Part shown: piece by piece, positions 28,924 through 39,276 of the stretch
Position numbering within the stretch: the first letter of the stretch is position 1
How the letters are laid out: each line of letters starts with the position of its first letter
From: Anaeromyxobacteraceae bacterium
GTDB lineage: Bacteria > Myxococcota > Myxococcia > Myxococcales > Anaeromyxobacteraceae
Assembly: GCA_047602405.1 (NCBI GenBank)
Contig: JASGHJ010000001.1
Location: forward strand, 1,984,001-2,048,000
Direction of reading: 5' to 3'
Length of the DNA: 64,000 bases
Program-made: the position numbers and the translations under genes
The notes under the pieces: model-generated
Databases searched by the model: none
What the model saw: the letters and a program-made list of their open reading frames with translations, nothing else
Told to the model about the DNA's origin: nothing

Positions 28924-31019
28924 GACGCGGTCACCAGCGAGCCCACGCCGCGATCGGTGAAGAGCTCGGCGATGATGGTGTGCGGCTGGCGCCCGTCGAG
29001 CACGTGCACCCGCTCGACCCCGCCGGCGAGCGCGACCAGGATCGACTGCGCCTTCCACTTCATGCCGCCGGTGATCGCGCCCGCGGCGACCCGCCGGCGC
29101 AGGTCCTCGGCCGACAGCGTCCGCAGGAGCTCGCCGTCGGGGGAGGACTCGAGGATGCCCGGCACGTCGGTGAGGTGGATGAGCTTCTTCGCGCCGACCG
29201 CGACCGCGACGGCGGCGGCCACCTCGTCGGCGTTGATGGAGAGCGTCGAGCCCGCCTCGGTGAGCCCGATGGGCGAGATGACCGGCACGTAGCCGCCCTC
29301 GAGGAACATCCTGAGGAAGTCCTTGTTCACCTCGACGACCTCGCCCACCTGGCCGAGGTCGCGGCCGCTCTCGTGCACCGCCTTCTTCGCGACGAGGAGC
29401 TTGCCGTCCTTGCCGGAGAGCCCGACCGCCATCGCGTCGCGGGCGTTGAGGAGGGCGACGAGCTCCTGGTTCACCTTGCCGGTCAGCACCATCTCGACGA
29501 CCGGCAGGCTCTGCGCGTCGGTGACCCGCATGCCCTCGATGAACTCGGAGCGCTCGCCGAGCTTCTCGAGCGTCTTCGTGATCTCCGGCGCGCCGCCGTG
29601 GACGACGACGGGCCTGAGGCCCACGCGCTTCAGGAGCGCCACGTCCTCGGCGAAGGCGACCTTGAGGCTCTCCTTCACCATCGCGGCGCCGCCGTACTTC
29701 ACGACCGCCACCGTGCCCGAGAACGCCGCGATGTACTTGAGCGCCTCGGCGAGGAGGTTGCGCTTGAAGGTCGGGCTGTAGTTCGCGACCCGGTCGTCCT
29801 TCGCCACCCCGCCGTCGGCCTTCTGGATGACGAGGGAGGAGTAGTCGGCGTTGATCTTCACGTAGTCGTAGGACAGGTCGCAGCCCCACGCGACCGCCTT
29901 CTCGGCGCCGCCGCCGAGCTCGACGACCACCTCGACCCTCGCCTCCCGCATGCGCGACTTGAGCTCGTCGCGGTCGAAGTCGACGGGCTGGCTCTTCTCG
30001 TAGACCGGGAGCCCCTGGATCACGACCCGCGCCTGGAACGGATCGACCGGCCAGCCGCGGGCGCCCGCCTTCGCGCCGACGGTGGCGAGGATGCGGCCCC
30101 AGTTCGGGTCGGCGCCGAACACCGCCGCCTTCACGAGCGGCGAGGCGGCGATGGCCCGGGCGGTGTCGCGCGCGATCTCCGCGGACGGCGCCGCGGCGAC
30201 CGTGACCTCCAGCATGCGGGTCGCGCCCTCGCCGTCGGCGGCCATGGCGCGGGCCATCTCGCCGAGGAGGTCCTCGAGCGCCGCCTCGAGGACCGCGAGG
30301 TCGGGGGAGTCCTCCGCGATGCGCGGGTTGCCGGCGAGGCCGTTCGCGAGCGCGAGCACGGTGTCGTTCGTCGACATCTCGCCGTCGACGGTCACCATCT
30401 CGAGCGTCGAGCGGACCGCGCGGGAGAGGGCCGCCTGCAGCGCCGGCGGGGTCACCGCCGCGTCGGTGACGACGAGGCACATTGTGGTCGCGAGCTGCGG
30501 CGCGAGCATGCCCGAGCCCTTGCAGATCGCCGACAGCGTCGCGGCCTTGCCGCCGAGCACGAGCTCGCGCGCGGCCATCTTCGGCCGCGTGTCGGTGGTC
30601 ATGATCGCCTCGGCGGCGAGGTCGGGGTGGTCCCCGAGCTGCTCGACCAGGGCGGGCAGGGCGGTGACGACCTTCATGGCCGGGAGCCGCACGCCGATGA
30701 CGCCGGTGGAGGCGGTGAGGATCGCGCGCTTCTGCACCCCGAGCGCGTCGGCCACCGCCGAGCGGATCACCGTGACGTCGTCGAGCCCGGCCTGGCCGGT
30801 GAGCGCGTTCGCGTTGCCGGAGTTCGCGAAGATGGCGCGCATGCCCTCCGCGGGCACGCGGCCGCGGGCGTCCTGCACCGGGGCGGCGGGCGCCTTGTTG
30901 ATGGTGAAGACGCCGGCCGCGGCGGCCGGGTGATCGGAGACCACGAGCGCGACGTCGCGCCGGCTGGGCTTGAGGCCCGCCGCCACGCCGCCGAAGCGGA
31001 AGCCCTTCGGGATCTTCAC
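28920..31019 (-). CDS. argJ: Fused ornithine acetyltransferase (ArgJ) - acetylglutamate kinase (ArgB)
   Basis: NSGNANA, STGVIG, IMTTDT, KGSGM, STNDT, DGEGAT, DPNWGR, then KYGG, VHGG, GMRVTD, INAD, GGMKWK in one 699-aa ORF. Confidence 0.93.
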   Translation of the reverse strand: MKIPKGFRFGGVAAGLKPSRRDVALVVSDHPAAAAGVFTINKAPAAPVQDARGRVPAEGMRAIFANSGNANALTGQAGLDDVTVIRSAVADALGVQKRAILTASTGVIGVRLPAMKVVTALPALVEQLGDHPDLAAEAIMTTDTRPKMAARELVLGGKAATLSAICKGSGMLAPQLATTMCLVVTDAAVTPPALQAALSRAVRSTLEMVTVDGEMSTNDTVLALANGLAGNPRIAEDSPDLAVLEAALEDLLGEMARAMAADGEGATRMLEVTVAAAPSAEIARDTARAIAASPLVKAAVFGADPNWGRILATVGAKAGARGWPVDPFQARVVIQGLPVYEKSQPVDFDRDELKSRMREARVEVVVELGGGAEKAVAWGCDLSYDYVKINADYSSLVIQKADGGVAKDDRVANYSPTFKRNLLAEALKYIAAFSGTVAVVKYGGAAMVKESLKVAFAEDVALLKRVGLRPVVVHGGAPEITKTLEKLGERSEFIEGMRVTDAQSLPVVEMVLTGKVNQELVALLNARDAMAVGLSGKDGKLLVAKKAVHESGRDLGQVGEVVEVNKDFLRMFLEGGYVPVISPIGLTEAGSTLSINADEVAAAVAVAVGAKKLIHLTDVPGILESSPDGELLRTLSAEDLRRRVAAGAITGGMKWKAQSILVALAGGVERVHVLDGRQPHTIIAELFTDRGVGSLVTAS

Positions 31020-31023
31020 CGGG

Positions 31024-32058
31024 CTAGCCTCCGATGAGGTCGAGGCCGTCGGTCTCCGGCCAGCCCATCACCGCGTTCATCGCCTGCACGGCCTGCCCGG
31101 CGGCGCCCTTCACGAGGTTGTCGATCGCGCTCGTCGCGAGCGCGAGCCCCGAGCGCGAGTCGACCGTCACCCCCACGTGGACCCGGTTCGTGTGCACCAC
31201 GTCCTTCACCTGCACCCTGTCGGCGGCGACGACGCGCACGAAGGGCTCGCCGGCGTACGCGGCGGCGTAGGCCTTCGTGAGGTCGGCCTGGGCGGGCGCC
31301 CCGACCGCGCGCAGCGCGACCGAGGCGAGGATCCCGCGGCGGATGGGCGCGAGGATGGGCGTGAAGGCGATGGGCCCGCAGCCGCCCGCGAAGCGCGCCA
31401 CGGTCTGCTCGATCTCCGGCACGTGCTGGTGCTTGCCGATGCGGTAGGCGCGGAAGTCGTCCGCGACCTCGACGAAGGAGTAGTCCTCCGTGGCCTTCCG
31501 GCCCGCGCCGGACACGCCGGAGAGCGCGGTGACGACGATGCCCTCCGTCGCGACGAGGCCGCTGCGGACGAGGGGGGCGATGGCGCAGGCGATGGCGGTC
31601 GCGTAGCAGCCCGGGTTCGTGACGAGCGTCGCGCCGGCGAGGCGGTCGCGTGCGAACTCGGGCAGGCCGTAGCGCGCCTCGGCGAGGAGCGAAGGGGCGG
31701 GGTGCTCGAAGCCGTACCAGCGCGGGTAGTCGGCCGGGTCGGCGAGCCGGAAGGCGCCGGAGAGATCGACGACGCGCTTCCCGCGCGAGAGGAGCTTCGG
31801 CGCGAGGTGGGCGGAGGCCTCGGCGGGCGTGGCGAGGAAGACGAGGTCCGCGTCGGCGGCGGCGGCCTCCTCGAGCGTCGAGTACGCGAGGCGGGCGAGG
31901 TCGCCGCCGAGCGGCAGGCGGTCGCCCGCCCGCTCGCCGGCCCACTTGTCGGAGTGCAGCGAGGTCACCTTCACGCGCGGGTGGCGCGCGAGGAGGCGGG
32001 TGAGCTCGAGGCCGGTGTAGCCGGAGGCGCCGACCACCGCGACTGCATGTTCATTCAT
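31024..32058 (-). CDS. argC: N-acetyl-gamma-glutamyl-phosphate reductase
   Basis: GASGYTG, DLSGAFRL, NPGCY, SGVSGAG, DNLVKGAAGQAVQ. Confidence 0.96.
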   Translation of the reverse strand: MNEHAVAVVGASGYTGLELTRLLARHPRVKVTSLHSDKWAGERAGDRLPLGGDLARLAYSTLEEAAAADADLVFLATPAEASAHLAPKLLSRGKRVVDLSGAFRLADPADYPRWYGFEHPAPSLLAEARYGLPEFARDRLAGATLVTNPGCYATAIACAIAPLVRSGLVATEGIVVTALSGVSGAGRKATEDYSFVEVADDFRAYRIGKHQHVPEIEQTVARFAGGCGPIAFTPILAPIRRGILASVALRAVGAPAQADLTKAYAAAYAGEPFVRVVAADRVQVKDVVHTNRVHVGVTVDSRSGLALATSAIDNLVKGAAGQAVQAMNAVMGWPETDGLDLIGG

Positions 32059-32094
32059 GCGGGCGAATAGATATGCATTCGGCCCGGATGTCAA
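32044..32094 (-). promoter_or_regulatory. argC promoter with tandem ARG boxes
   Basis: TGCATGTTCATTCA (32044-32057) and CGAATAGATATGCA (32064-32077); TTGACA on minus at 32094-32089. Confidence 0.82.
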
Positions 32095-32136
32095 CCTCGC
32101 CCGCGTCGCCGCCGCCTGTGGCACCATGGCGGCCCC

Positions 32137-32991
32137 GTGAAGAACCTCGTCCTCGCGACCGCCGGTACGCGCTCCCTCCACCGCCAGTGGATGGGTGACC
32201 CCGCCACGCGGAGCTACGACGTCTGGCTCAACTGCTACGAGCCCGCGGCCCTCGAGGCCTTCCGCGACGACCCGGTGCGCCGCTTCGACGCCCGGGGCAC
32301 CATGAAGTGGCCCGGCATGGCCCGCACGCTCGACGCGGTGGGACCCGAGGTCGATCGCTACGACGCGGTCTGGTTCCCGGACGACGACGTCGCCATCGAC
32401 GCCGCGGGGATCGAGGCGCTCTTCTCCCACGTCCACGCCCTCGGCCTCGCGCTCGCGCAGCCGGCGCTCTCCGACGCCTCCTACTTCTCGGCGGCGCTCA
32501 CGCTCCGCTGCCCCGGGTTCACGGTGCGCTTCACGAACTTCGTGGAGGTGATGGCGCCGGTGTTCTCCCGCGACGCGCTCGCGCGCTGTCGCGCCACCTT
32601 CCCGCGGAGCCAGTCGGGCTGGGGGCTCGACTGGGTCTGGCCGCGGCTCCTCGGCGACCCGCTCGACCGCGTCGGCGTCCTCGACGCGGTCGAGATGACC
32701 CACACGAAGCCGGTCGCCCAGGGTGACTGGTACAAGGCGCTCGCGGTGAGGCCGTCCGACGAGGCGGGCGCGCTCGCGTCGGAGCACGGCGTGGCGCTGC
32801 CCTTCGAGTTCCGGCAGTACGGCGGCATCCCCGCGGCGGCCGGCCTCGACCGCGGCGCGCTCCTCCGCGCGGGCCCGGCGTTCCTGTGGCGGCTCCTCGC
32901 CGGCGCACCGCCCTCCCAGCGCTGGCGCGGCCCGTTCCTGCGCCGGCAGTGGCGGAGCGTGCGGGCCGGGCGGCGCAGCCGCGCCGGGTGA
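32137..32991 (+). CDS. DUF707-like (glycosyltransferase-like) protein
   Basis: YDAVWFPDDD, LAQPAL, TNFVEVMAPVFSR, SGWGLDWVW. Confidence 0.78.
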   Translation: MKNLVLATAGTRSLHRQWMGDPATRSYDVWLNCYEPAALEAFRDDPVRRFDARGTMKWPGMARTLDAVGPEVDRYDAVWFPDDDVAIDAAGIEALFSHVHALGLALAQPALSDASYFSAALTLRCPGFTVRFTNFVEVMAPVFSRDALARCRATFPRSQSGWGLDWVWPRLLGDPLDRVGVLDAVEMTHTKPVAQGDWYKALAVRPSDEAGALASEHGVALPFEFRQYGGIPAAAGLDRGALLRAGPAFLWRLLAGAPPSQRWRGPFLRRQWRSVRAGRRSRAG

Positions 32992-33080
32992 CGTCCGGCG
33001 GGTCCCCGGCCCGCCGGCCGGGCCCTCGCCCGGCCGCGGCCGGGGCTGCAGCCGGCGCCGCCCGCCGCTAGACGGGCGCG

Positions 33081-34643
33081 ATGCCCCGCGCGCCCCTCGC
33101 GATCTCCCTCGTGCTCGCCGCCGCCTCGTGCGGCGCGGCGGTCGTCCCCACGGCCACGGCGCCCGCGCCCGCCGGCGTCGGCGCGCCAGCGCTCCTCTGG
33201 TCGCGCGGCGGCTGCGAGGCGTGGGGCTGCGACGTGGGGTGGTATGCGTCCCCCGCCGTCGCGGACCTCGACGGCGATCCCGCGACGAAGGAGGTCGTGT
33301 GGGGCGCCCACGACCTCGTCGCGCTCCGCGCCGACGGGAGCGTGCTCTGGCGCGCGGAGGGCGGCGCGCGCGTCTGGGCGTCGCCCGCGGTCGCCGACCT
33401 CACGGGCGACGGGCGGCCCGAGCTCGTGGTCGCGCGCGACGGCGGCGTCACGGTGCACGGCCCCGGCGGCGCGGTGCTGTGGACGGCGGCGTTCGGGCCC
33501 GGCGAGCTCCGCACGCTCGCCATCGCCGATCTCGAGGGCGACGGTGCGCCGGAGGTGCTGGCCGGCCGCGCCGCGCAGGAGGCCGACGGGCAGGTGATGG
33601 CGTGGCGGGGTGCGAACGGCGCGCCGGTGCCGGGCTTCCCCGCGCGCCACGCCGGGGCGCCGGGGTACGGCTGGGGCATGTTCCACGAGAACCTCGCCGC
33701 GGCCGACCTCGACGGCGACGGCGCGCTCGAGCTCGTCGCCCCCACCGACGTCCACTACGTGACCGTGCTCGACCACCGCGGCGAGCAGGTGGGCGTGAAC
33801 CCGCGCTTCGGCGCCGGCAAGGTCTGGAGCGAGGTCGGCGTGCACCTCACCGACGCCGTCGACCTGCGCGGCTACGCGGTGTGCGGCGTCGACCCGCGCC
33901 CGAACTTCTCCGACTCCTCGCCGGTGGTCGCCGACCTCGACGGCGACGGCACGCCGGAGGTCGTCCTGGTGGGCAACGTCTACGACTGCGGGACGGATCC
34001 CTACCGCGACCTCTACGAGGTGCCGTTCGTCTTCCGGGCGGACCGCACCCGCTTCGCGGCGGGCGGGTTCGACTGGTCCTCGGCGCCCGCGCCGGCGCCG
34101 GGCGCGGCGCCGCGCTCCGAGGACTACCGGGTCATCGAGGACGCGATGCCGGCGCCCGCGGTCGCGGACCTCGACGGCGACGGGCGGAAGGAGGTCGTGT
34201 ACGCCTCGTACGACGGCCGCGTGCACGCGTACTCGCTCGACCGGACCGAGCACGGGAGCTGGCCGTTCCGGCTCCCGGGCGCGGGCACGCGGTTCGCCTC
34301 CGAGCCGGCGGTCGTGGACCTCGACGGCGACGGGAAGGCGGAGGTGATCGTCGGGACCTGGGGCGAGAAGGCCCGCCGGGAGCCGGGCCAGCTCCTCGTG
34401 CTCGATCACCTCGGGCGGCTCGTCTTCGCGGTGGACCTCCCGCCGGCGGCCGACGGGGGCTGGAACGGCGCGCTCGGCGCGCCGACGGTCGCGAACGTCG
34501 ACGCCGACCCGGACCTCGAGATCGCGGTGGGCACCGCGGCGGCGGGCGTCGCGCTCTACCGGGTGCCGGGCACGGCCCACGCGCGGGTGCTCTGGGGCAC
34601 GGGGCGCGGCGGGTTCGCGCGGAGCGGGACGCTGGCGCGGTAG
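33081..34643 (+). CDS. FG-GAP/VCBS-repeat lipoprotein
   Basis: AASC lipobox; repeated SPAVADLDGDGxxE. Confidence 0.88.
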   Translation: MPRAPLAISLVLAAASCGAAVVPTATAPAPAGVGAPALLWSRGGCEAWGCDVGWYASPAVADLDGDPATKEVVWGAHDLVALRADGSVLWRAEGGARVWASPAVADLTGDGRPELVVARDGGVTVHGPGGAVLWTAAFGPGELRTLAIADLEGDGAPEVLAGRAAQEADGQVMAWRGANGAPVPGFPARHAGAPGYGWGMFHENLAAADLDGDGALELVAPTDVHYVTVLDHRGEQVGVNPRFGAGKVWSEVGVHLTDAVDLRGYAVCGVDPRPNFSDSSPVVADLDGDGTPEVVLVGNVYDCGTDPYRDLYEVPFVFRADRTRFAAGGFDWSSAPAPAPGAAPRSEDYRVIEDAMPAPAVADLDGDGRKEVVYASYDGRVHAYSLDRTEHGSWPFRLPGAGTRFASEPAVVDLDGDGKAEVIVGTWGEKARREPGQLLVLDHLGRLVFAVDLPPAADGGWNGALGAPTVANVDADPDLEIAVGTAAAGVALYRVPGTAHARVLWGTGRGGFARSGTLAR

Positions 34644-34650
34644 GGACCGC

Positions 34651-34687
34651 AAAAGAAGAGCGCCGGTGACCTTGCGGTCACCGGCGC
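34651..34687 (-). terminator. Terminator of tRNA-Leu
   Basis: GCGCCGGTGACC-GCAA-GGTCACCGGCGC then TCTTCTTTT on minus. Confidence 0.85.
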
Positions 34688-34694
34688 GCGAATG

Positions 34695-34778
34695 TGCCCA
34701 GGAGAGGATTCGAACCTCCACGGTTTTGAAGCCGCCAGACCCTGAATCTGGTGCGTCTACCAGTTCCGCCACCTGGGC
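34695..34778 (-). tRNA. tRNA-Leu(CAG), CCA not encoded
   Basis: GCCCAGGTGGCGGAACTGGTAGACGC-ACCAGA-TTCAGGG-TCTGG, long variable arm, GGTTCGAATCC. Confidence 0.96.
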
Positions 34779-34882
34779 AGGTTGCGAAGGGGCTACCTCA
34801 TATGCCGCGCCCGGCGGGGGTGTCAACCGCGCAGATCTTCCCACCTGTCGCGCGGGCCGGGGCTGCCCTACCATGCCCGGCC

Positions 34883-35524
34883 ATGCTCGCCCTCGCGCTC
34901 GTCGCCCACCTCGCCCTCGCCCAGGCCGGCGACGGCCCCACGGTCGGGGCGGAGCCCGCGGTGCCGTCGATCTGGTCCGCGAAGCCGCTCGAGGGGGGCT
35001 CGGTCGGCGCGGCGTGGGCAGGCTTCGCCTCGCTCGGGATCGCGTACGCGCAGGGCGTCACCGACGTGGACGACCTCGGGATCCAGCTCGACCTCGACTG
35101 GGCGACGACCGAGCTGCGCCTCTCCAGCCTCTACCGCAGGCCGCTCGGGACGCTCGGCGGCTGGGACCTCGGCGCCCGGATCACCGCGGGCTGGTACGCC
35201 GGCTTCGGGTCGACCTGGGTGGAGGACGGCAACCGGAGCGACCGCGGGATTGACGTCGCGCCGGCGGCGGTGATCTCGCACCCGCTCGCGGGCGGCGAGC
35301 TCTCGGTCACGGCCGAGCTGCCGTTCACCTTCACCCTCCGGCGGAACGGCGGCGTGCTCCTGCGCCCACAGGCCTGGGTCGGCTACGAGGTCGGGCTCTG
35401 GTCGGACGTCGCGCTCGGCGCGCGGGCCATGGTCGGGTGGAGGAAGGGGCTCGGCGACGCGCCGCTGCCGGAGCCGGCCGCGCAGCTCGCGTTCCTCGTC
35501 ACCGCCACGTACCGCGTCTTCTGA
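34883..35524 (+). CDS. Exported probable beta-barrel protein
   Basis: Signal peptide; C-terminal ATYRVF outer-membrane signature. Confidence 0.62.
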   Translation: MLALALVAHLALAQAGDGPTVGAEPAVPSIWSAKPLEGGSVGAAWAGFASLGIAYAQGVTDVDDLGIQLDLDWATTELRLSSLYRRPLGTLGGWDLGARITAGWYAGFGSTWVEDGNRSDRGIDVAPAAVISHPLAGGELSVTAELPFTFTLRRNGGVLLRPQAWVGYEVGLWSDVALGARAMVGWRKGLGDAPLPEPAAQLAFLVTATYRVF

Positions 35525-35531
35525 GTTCCAC

Positions 35532-35612
35532 GGGGGGCGTAGCCCCCCGCCCCGACCAGCAAAGCTGGATCGGGGCCCCACCCCCGGATCAGCTCCGCTT
35601 CGCTTCGCTGGG
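35532..35612. repeat. REP-like element, family B
   Basis: GGGGGGC-GTA-GCCCCCC, CCCCGA-CCAGC-AAA-GCTGG-ATCGGGGCCCC; between convergent genes. Confidence 0.5.
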
Positions 35613-36947
35613 CTACTGGATCGCCCGCAGCTTCTTCACCATCTCGTCCGGCCCGATCGCGGTCATCACGCGCTCGGGGTGCTCCTTGCCGGACGAGTCG
35701 ATGAAGATCACCGTCGGCATGCCGACGATGCCGTACTTCTCGTAGGCCGCCTGGAACGCGGGCGTCTCCTCCGAGCCGTCGAGCTTCACGGCGACGAAGC
35801 GCGACGCCTCCTCGCGGACCGCCGGGTGCGACCAGGCGATCTTGTCGAGCTCCTTGCAGGCGGTGCACCAGTCGGCCCAGAAGTCGACGATGACCGGCCG
35901 CCCCTCGGCGCGCGCCTTCGCGAGCGCCTCCTCCTCGGAGTGCAGCCAGGCGAAGCTCGCGGCGACCCGGGCGCGATCGCGCGCGCCGGCCGCGCCGACG
36001 CCGTAGACGATGCCACCGACGAGGAGCGCGACGCCGAGCCCCTTCGCGAGGCGCGGGCCCCAGGCGGCGTGGAAGCTGCCCGAGAGGGCGCCGAGCAGCA
36101 CGCCCGCCGCGGCCGCGCCGGCGGCGACGAGCGCCGCGCCGCGCGCGGCCGAGAAGAGCGGCTTCACGGCGGGGAAGGCGTCCTTGAGGAAGACGCCGGC
36201 CGCGGCGAGGAGCGCCACGCCGAAGAACGACTTCACCGTGTCCATCCACGGGCCGGACTTCGGGAGCGAGACCGAGAACGCGCCGATGAGGAAGAAGAGG
36301 AGCCCCATCCCGAGCGCGTAGGTGAACATGATGCCGAGGCCGAAGGCGACCGAGCCCTTGGCCGCCACGAAGGTGAGCGCGGCGGCGAGCACCGGGCCGG
36401 TGCAGGGCGCGGCGATGATGCCGGAGACGAGCCCCATCGCGAACGCGCCGAGGTAGCCCGCGCCGCCGACGGTGTTGAGCCGGGCCTGCCACGCGCCGGG
36501 CAGCTGCAGCTCGAAGGCGCCGAACATCGAGGCCGCCATCGCGGCGAGCACGATCGCGACGAAGCCGATCACCCAGGGGTTCGACATCACGCTGCCGAAC
36601 GCGGCGCCGGTGAGCGCCGCGCCCACGCCGAGCGCCGAGTACATCGCGGCGATGCCGAGGACGTACAGGCCGGAGAGGGCCATCGCCTCGCCGCGGCCGG
36701 AGGCCTTCCGCGCGCCGAAGATGGAGACGGTGATGGGGATGAGCGGGTAGACGCAGGGCGTGAGGCTCGTGAGGACGCCGCCCGCGAAGGCGACCGCGAA
36801 GGCGAGGACCGAGCCCGCGCCGAGGAGGGCCCCGAGGCCGAGGTCGCTCGCGGCGCCGGAGGGTCCGAGGCCGACGAGATTGGGGAGCCAGGCCACGCCG
36901 GCGAAGGCGAGGGCGGCGACGAGGAGGCGGACGGCGAGCGATTTCAC
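35613..36947 (-). CDS. DsbD-family protein (CcdA-like TM domain + thioredoxin)
   Basis: SLTPCVYPLIP, APCTGP, LPKSGPWM, DFWADWCTACK. Confidence 0.92.
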   Translation of the reverse strand: MKSLAVRLLVAALAFAGVAWLPNLVGLGPSGAASDLGLGALLGAGSVLAFAVAFAGGVLTSLTPCVYPLIPITVSIFGARKASGRGEAMALSGLYVLGIAAMYSALGVGAALTGAAFGSVMSNPWVIGFVAIVLAAMAASMFGAFELQLPGAWQARLNTVGGAGYLGAFAMGLVSGIIAAPCTGPVLAAALTFVAAKGSVAFGLGIMFTYALGMGLLFFLIGAFSVSLPKSGPWMDTVKSFFGVALLAAAGVFLKDAFPAVKPLFSAARGAALVAAGAAAAGVLLGALSGSFHAAWGPRLAKGLGVALLVGGIVYGVGAAGARDRARVAASFAWLHSEEEALAKARAEGRPVIVDFWADWCTACKELDKIAWSHPAVREEASRFVAVKLDGSEETPAFQAAYEKYGIVGMPTVIFIDSSGKEHPERVMTAIGPDEMVKKLRAIQ

Positions 36948-37055
36948 GGAGGCTTCCTAACCGAAAACGGGCGGGCGGGCCAGACCGGCGGGGCCCGGAC
37001 GGAGACCGGCAGGGTGGCCCGCGGCGGCCCTCCACGGTAGAGACAGGGGAGCCGC

Positions 37056-38261
37056 ATGAAGATTCCCATCTACATGGACCACCACGCCACGACCCCGGTC
37101 GACCCCCGGGTGCTCGAGGCGATGCTGCCTTACTTCTCCGAGCACTTCGGCAACGCCGCCTCGAAGAGCCACTCCTTCGGCTGGCGGGCCGAGGAGGCGG
37201 TGGAGGAGGCCCGGGAGCGGGTGGCGGCCCTGGTGGGGGCGACCGCGCGCGAGATTGTCTGGACGAGCGGCGCGACCGAGTCGGACAACCTCGCGGTGAA
37301 GGGCGCGGCCCACTTCCACGCCGGGAGGGGGAAGCACCTCGTCACCTGCACGACCGAGCACCCCGCGGTCCTCGACACGATGGCGGCGCTCGAGCGCGAG
37401 GGCTTCACCGTGACGCGCGTGCCGGTGGGCCGCGATGGGCGGCTCGACCCGGAGCGCGTGAAGGCGGCGCTGCGCCCGGACACGACGCTCGTCTCGGTGA
37501 TGCACGCGAACAACGAGACCGGCGTCGTCCACCCGATCGAGGAGATCGGCAAGCTCACCCGCGCGGCCGGGGTGCTGTTCCACTGCGACGCGGTGCAGTC
37601 GGTCGGGAAGCTCCCGTTCGACGTGGAGGCCGCCCAGGTCGACCTCGCGTCGCTGTCGGCGCACAAGATGTACGGGCCGAAGGGCGTGGGCGCGCTCTAC
37701 GTGCGCCGGCGTCCCCGCGCGCGGATCGTCGCGCAGCTGGACGGCGGCGGCCACGAGCGCGGGTACCGCTCCGGCACGCTCAACGTGCCGGGCATCGTCG
37801 GGTTCGGGAAGGCGGCCGAGCTCGCGAGGGCGGAGGGGACCGCGGAGGCGGAGCGGCTCCTCGCGCTCCGGGAGCGGCTCCGCCAGGGCATCGTCTCGCA
37901 GGTGGAGGCGGTGGCGCTGAACGGCAGCCTCGAGCACCGGCTCCCCGGCAACCTCAACCTCTCGTTCGAGGGCGTCGAGGGCGAGGCGCTCCTGCTCGCG
38001 CTGCGCGACGTGGCGCTCTCGTCGGGCTCCGCCTGCACGAGCGCGTCCCTGCAGGCGTCGCACGTGCTCCGGGCGATGGGCGTCTCCGAGGCGCTCGCGC
38101 ACGCGTCGCTCCGGTTCGGCCTGGGCCGGTTCAACACCGAGGAGGAGGTGGACCACGTGGTCCGCCTCGTCGTCGAGAAGGTGGCCCGCCTGAGGGCCCT
38201 CTCCCCGGTGTGGGAGGGGCGGCCCCGCGCCGGGGCTGCGCCGGAGCCCGCGCCCGGTTAA
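37056..38261 (+). CDS. iscS: Cysteine desulfurase
   Basis: [42 protein letters not shown]. Confidence 0.95.
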   Translation: MKIPIYMDHHATTPVDPRVLEAMLPYFSEHFGNAASKSHSFGWRAEEAVEEARERVAALVGATAREIVWTSGATESDNLAVKGAAHFHAGRGKHLVTCTTEHPAVLDTMAALEREGFTVTRVPVGRDGRLDPERVKAALRPDTTLVSVMHANNETGVVHPIEEIGKLTRAAGVLFHCDAVQSVGKLPFDVEAAQVDLASLSAHKMYGPKGVGALYVRRRPRARIVAQLDGGGHERGYRSGTLNVPGIVGFGKAAELARAEGTAEAERLLALRERLRQGIVSQVEAVALNGSLEHRLPGNLNLSFEGVEGEALLLALRDVALSSGSACTSASLQASHVLRAMGVSEALAHASLRFGLGRFNTEEEVDHVVRLVVEKVARLRALSPVWEGRPRAGAAPEPAPG

Positions 38262-38272
38262 GAGCGAGGGTC

Positions 38273-38596
38273 ATGATCGAGCTCACCGAGAAGGCCGCCG
38301 TCCGCATCCGCGCGATGATCGCCGAGCGCGGCACGCCCGCGGGCGGGCTGCGCCTCGGCGTGCAGGGCGGCGGCTGCTCCGGCCTCGAGTACGTCGTGGC
38401 CTGGGCGGACGCGCCCACCGAGAAGGACCTCGTCGTCGAGCGCGACGGGGGCCGGCTCGTGGTCGACCGGCGCAGCGCGAAGTTCCTCGCCGGCACCGTC
38501 GTCGAGTGGAAGTCGAGCCTCATGCAGAGCGGGTTCGTGTTCCAGAACCCGAACGTCAAGGGCTCCTGCTCCTGCGGCGAGTCGTTCTCGGTCTGA
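38273..38596 (+). CDS. iscA: A-type Fe-S carrier (IscA/HesB)
   Basis: GGGCSG, F.NPN...CSCGESF. Confidence 0.92.
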   Translation: MIELTEKAAVRIRAMIAERGTPAGGLRLGVQGGGCSGLEYVVAWADAPTEKDLVVERDGGRLVVDRRSAKFLAGTVVEWKSSLMQSGFVFQNPNVKGSCSCGESFSV

Positions 38597-38677
38597 CGCG
38601 TTGCCGCAGGTGGGGCCGGGCGTCCGCCCCGGTCTGGGGGCGCCGCTGCCGGGTCCGCATTGGGTATCCTTCTCCCG

Positions 38678-39268
38678 ATGAGCCTCCCGGCCGCCCCGGC
38701 CTCGCTGCCCGCCCCGTCGCCCACGCCCGCGTGGCGGCGGCTCGTGGCGCCGGTCGCCGTGACCCTCGCGGTCGCGCTCGCGGCCCGGGCCCTCGGGCTC
38801 GACGCCTCGCTCGAGCGGCTCGCCGCCGTCGCGCGGTCCTTCGGCGCACCCGGCGTCGCCCTGCACGCGTTCCTCTACGTCCCCGCGATGCTGCTCGGGC
38901 TGCCGGTCGCGCCGCTCACCGCGGCGGCCGGGCTCGCGTACGGCCCGCTCGCCGGCGCCGCGCTCGCGGTCCCCGCGTCCACCCTCGCCTCGACGCTCGC
39001 GTTCCTCGCCGGGCGCCGGGGCCTCGGCCCGGGCGCGCTCGCGGGCGGCACGTGCCTCGTCTCGAGGGCCGCGCGCGCGGCGGCGGCCGGGGGCGTGCGG
39101 GCCGTGTTCCTCCTGCGCCTCGTGCCGGTCGCGCCCGGCGCCCTGCTCAGCTTCGCGCTCGGCGCGACCGCGTGCCGGACGCGCGACTTCGTCGTGGGCT
39201 CGCTGCTCGGCTCGGTGCCGGTCGCGCTCCTCTACGCGTGGCTGGGCGCGCTGCTCGGCGGGGGCTGA
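38678..39268 (+). CDS. TVP38/TMEM64 (VTT) membrane protein
   Basis: AAGLAYGP..G, FLAGR, LLRLVPVAP. Confidence 0.82.
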   Translation: MSLPAAPASLPAPSPTPAWRRLVAPVAVTLAVALAARALGLDASLERLAAVARSFGAPGVALHAFLYVPAMLLGLPVAPLTAAAGLAYGPLAGAALAVPASTLASTLAFLAGRRGLGPGALAGGTCLVSRAARAAAAGGVRAVFLLRLVPVAPGALLSFALGATACRTRDFVVGSLLGSVPVALLYAWLGALLGGG

Positions 39269-39276
39269 GGCCGGGC

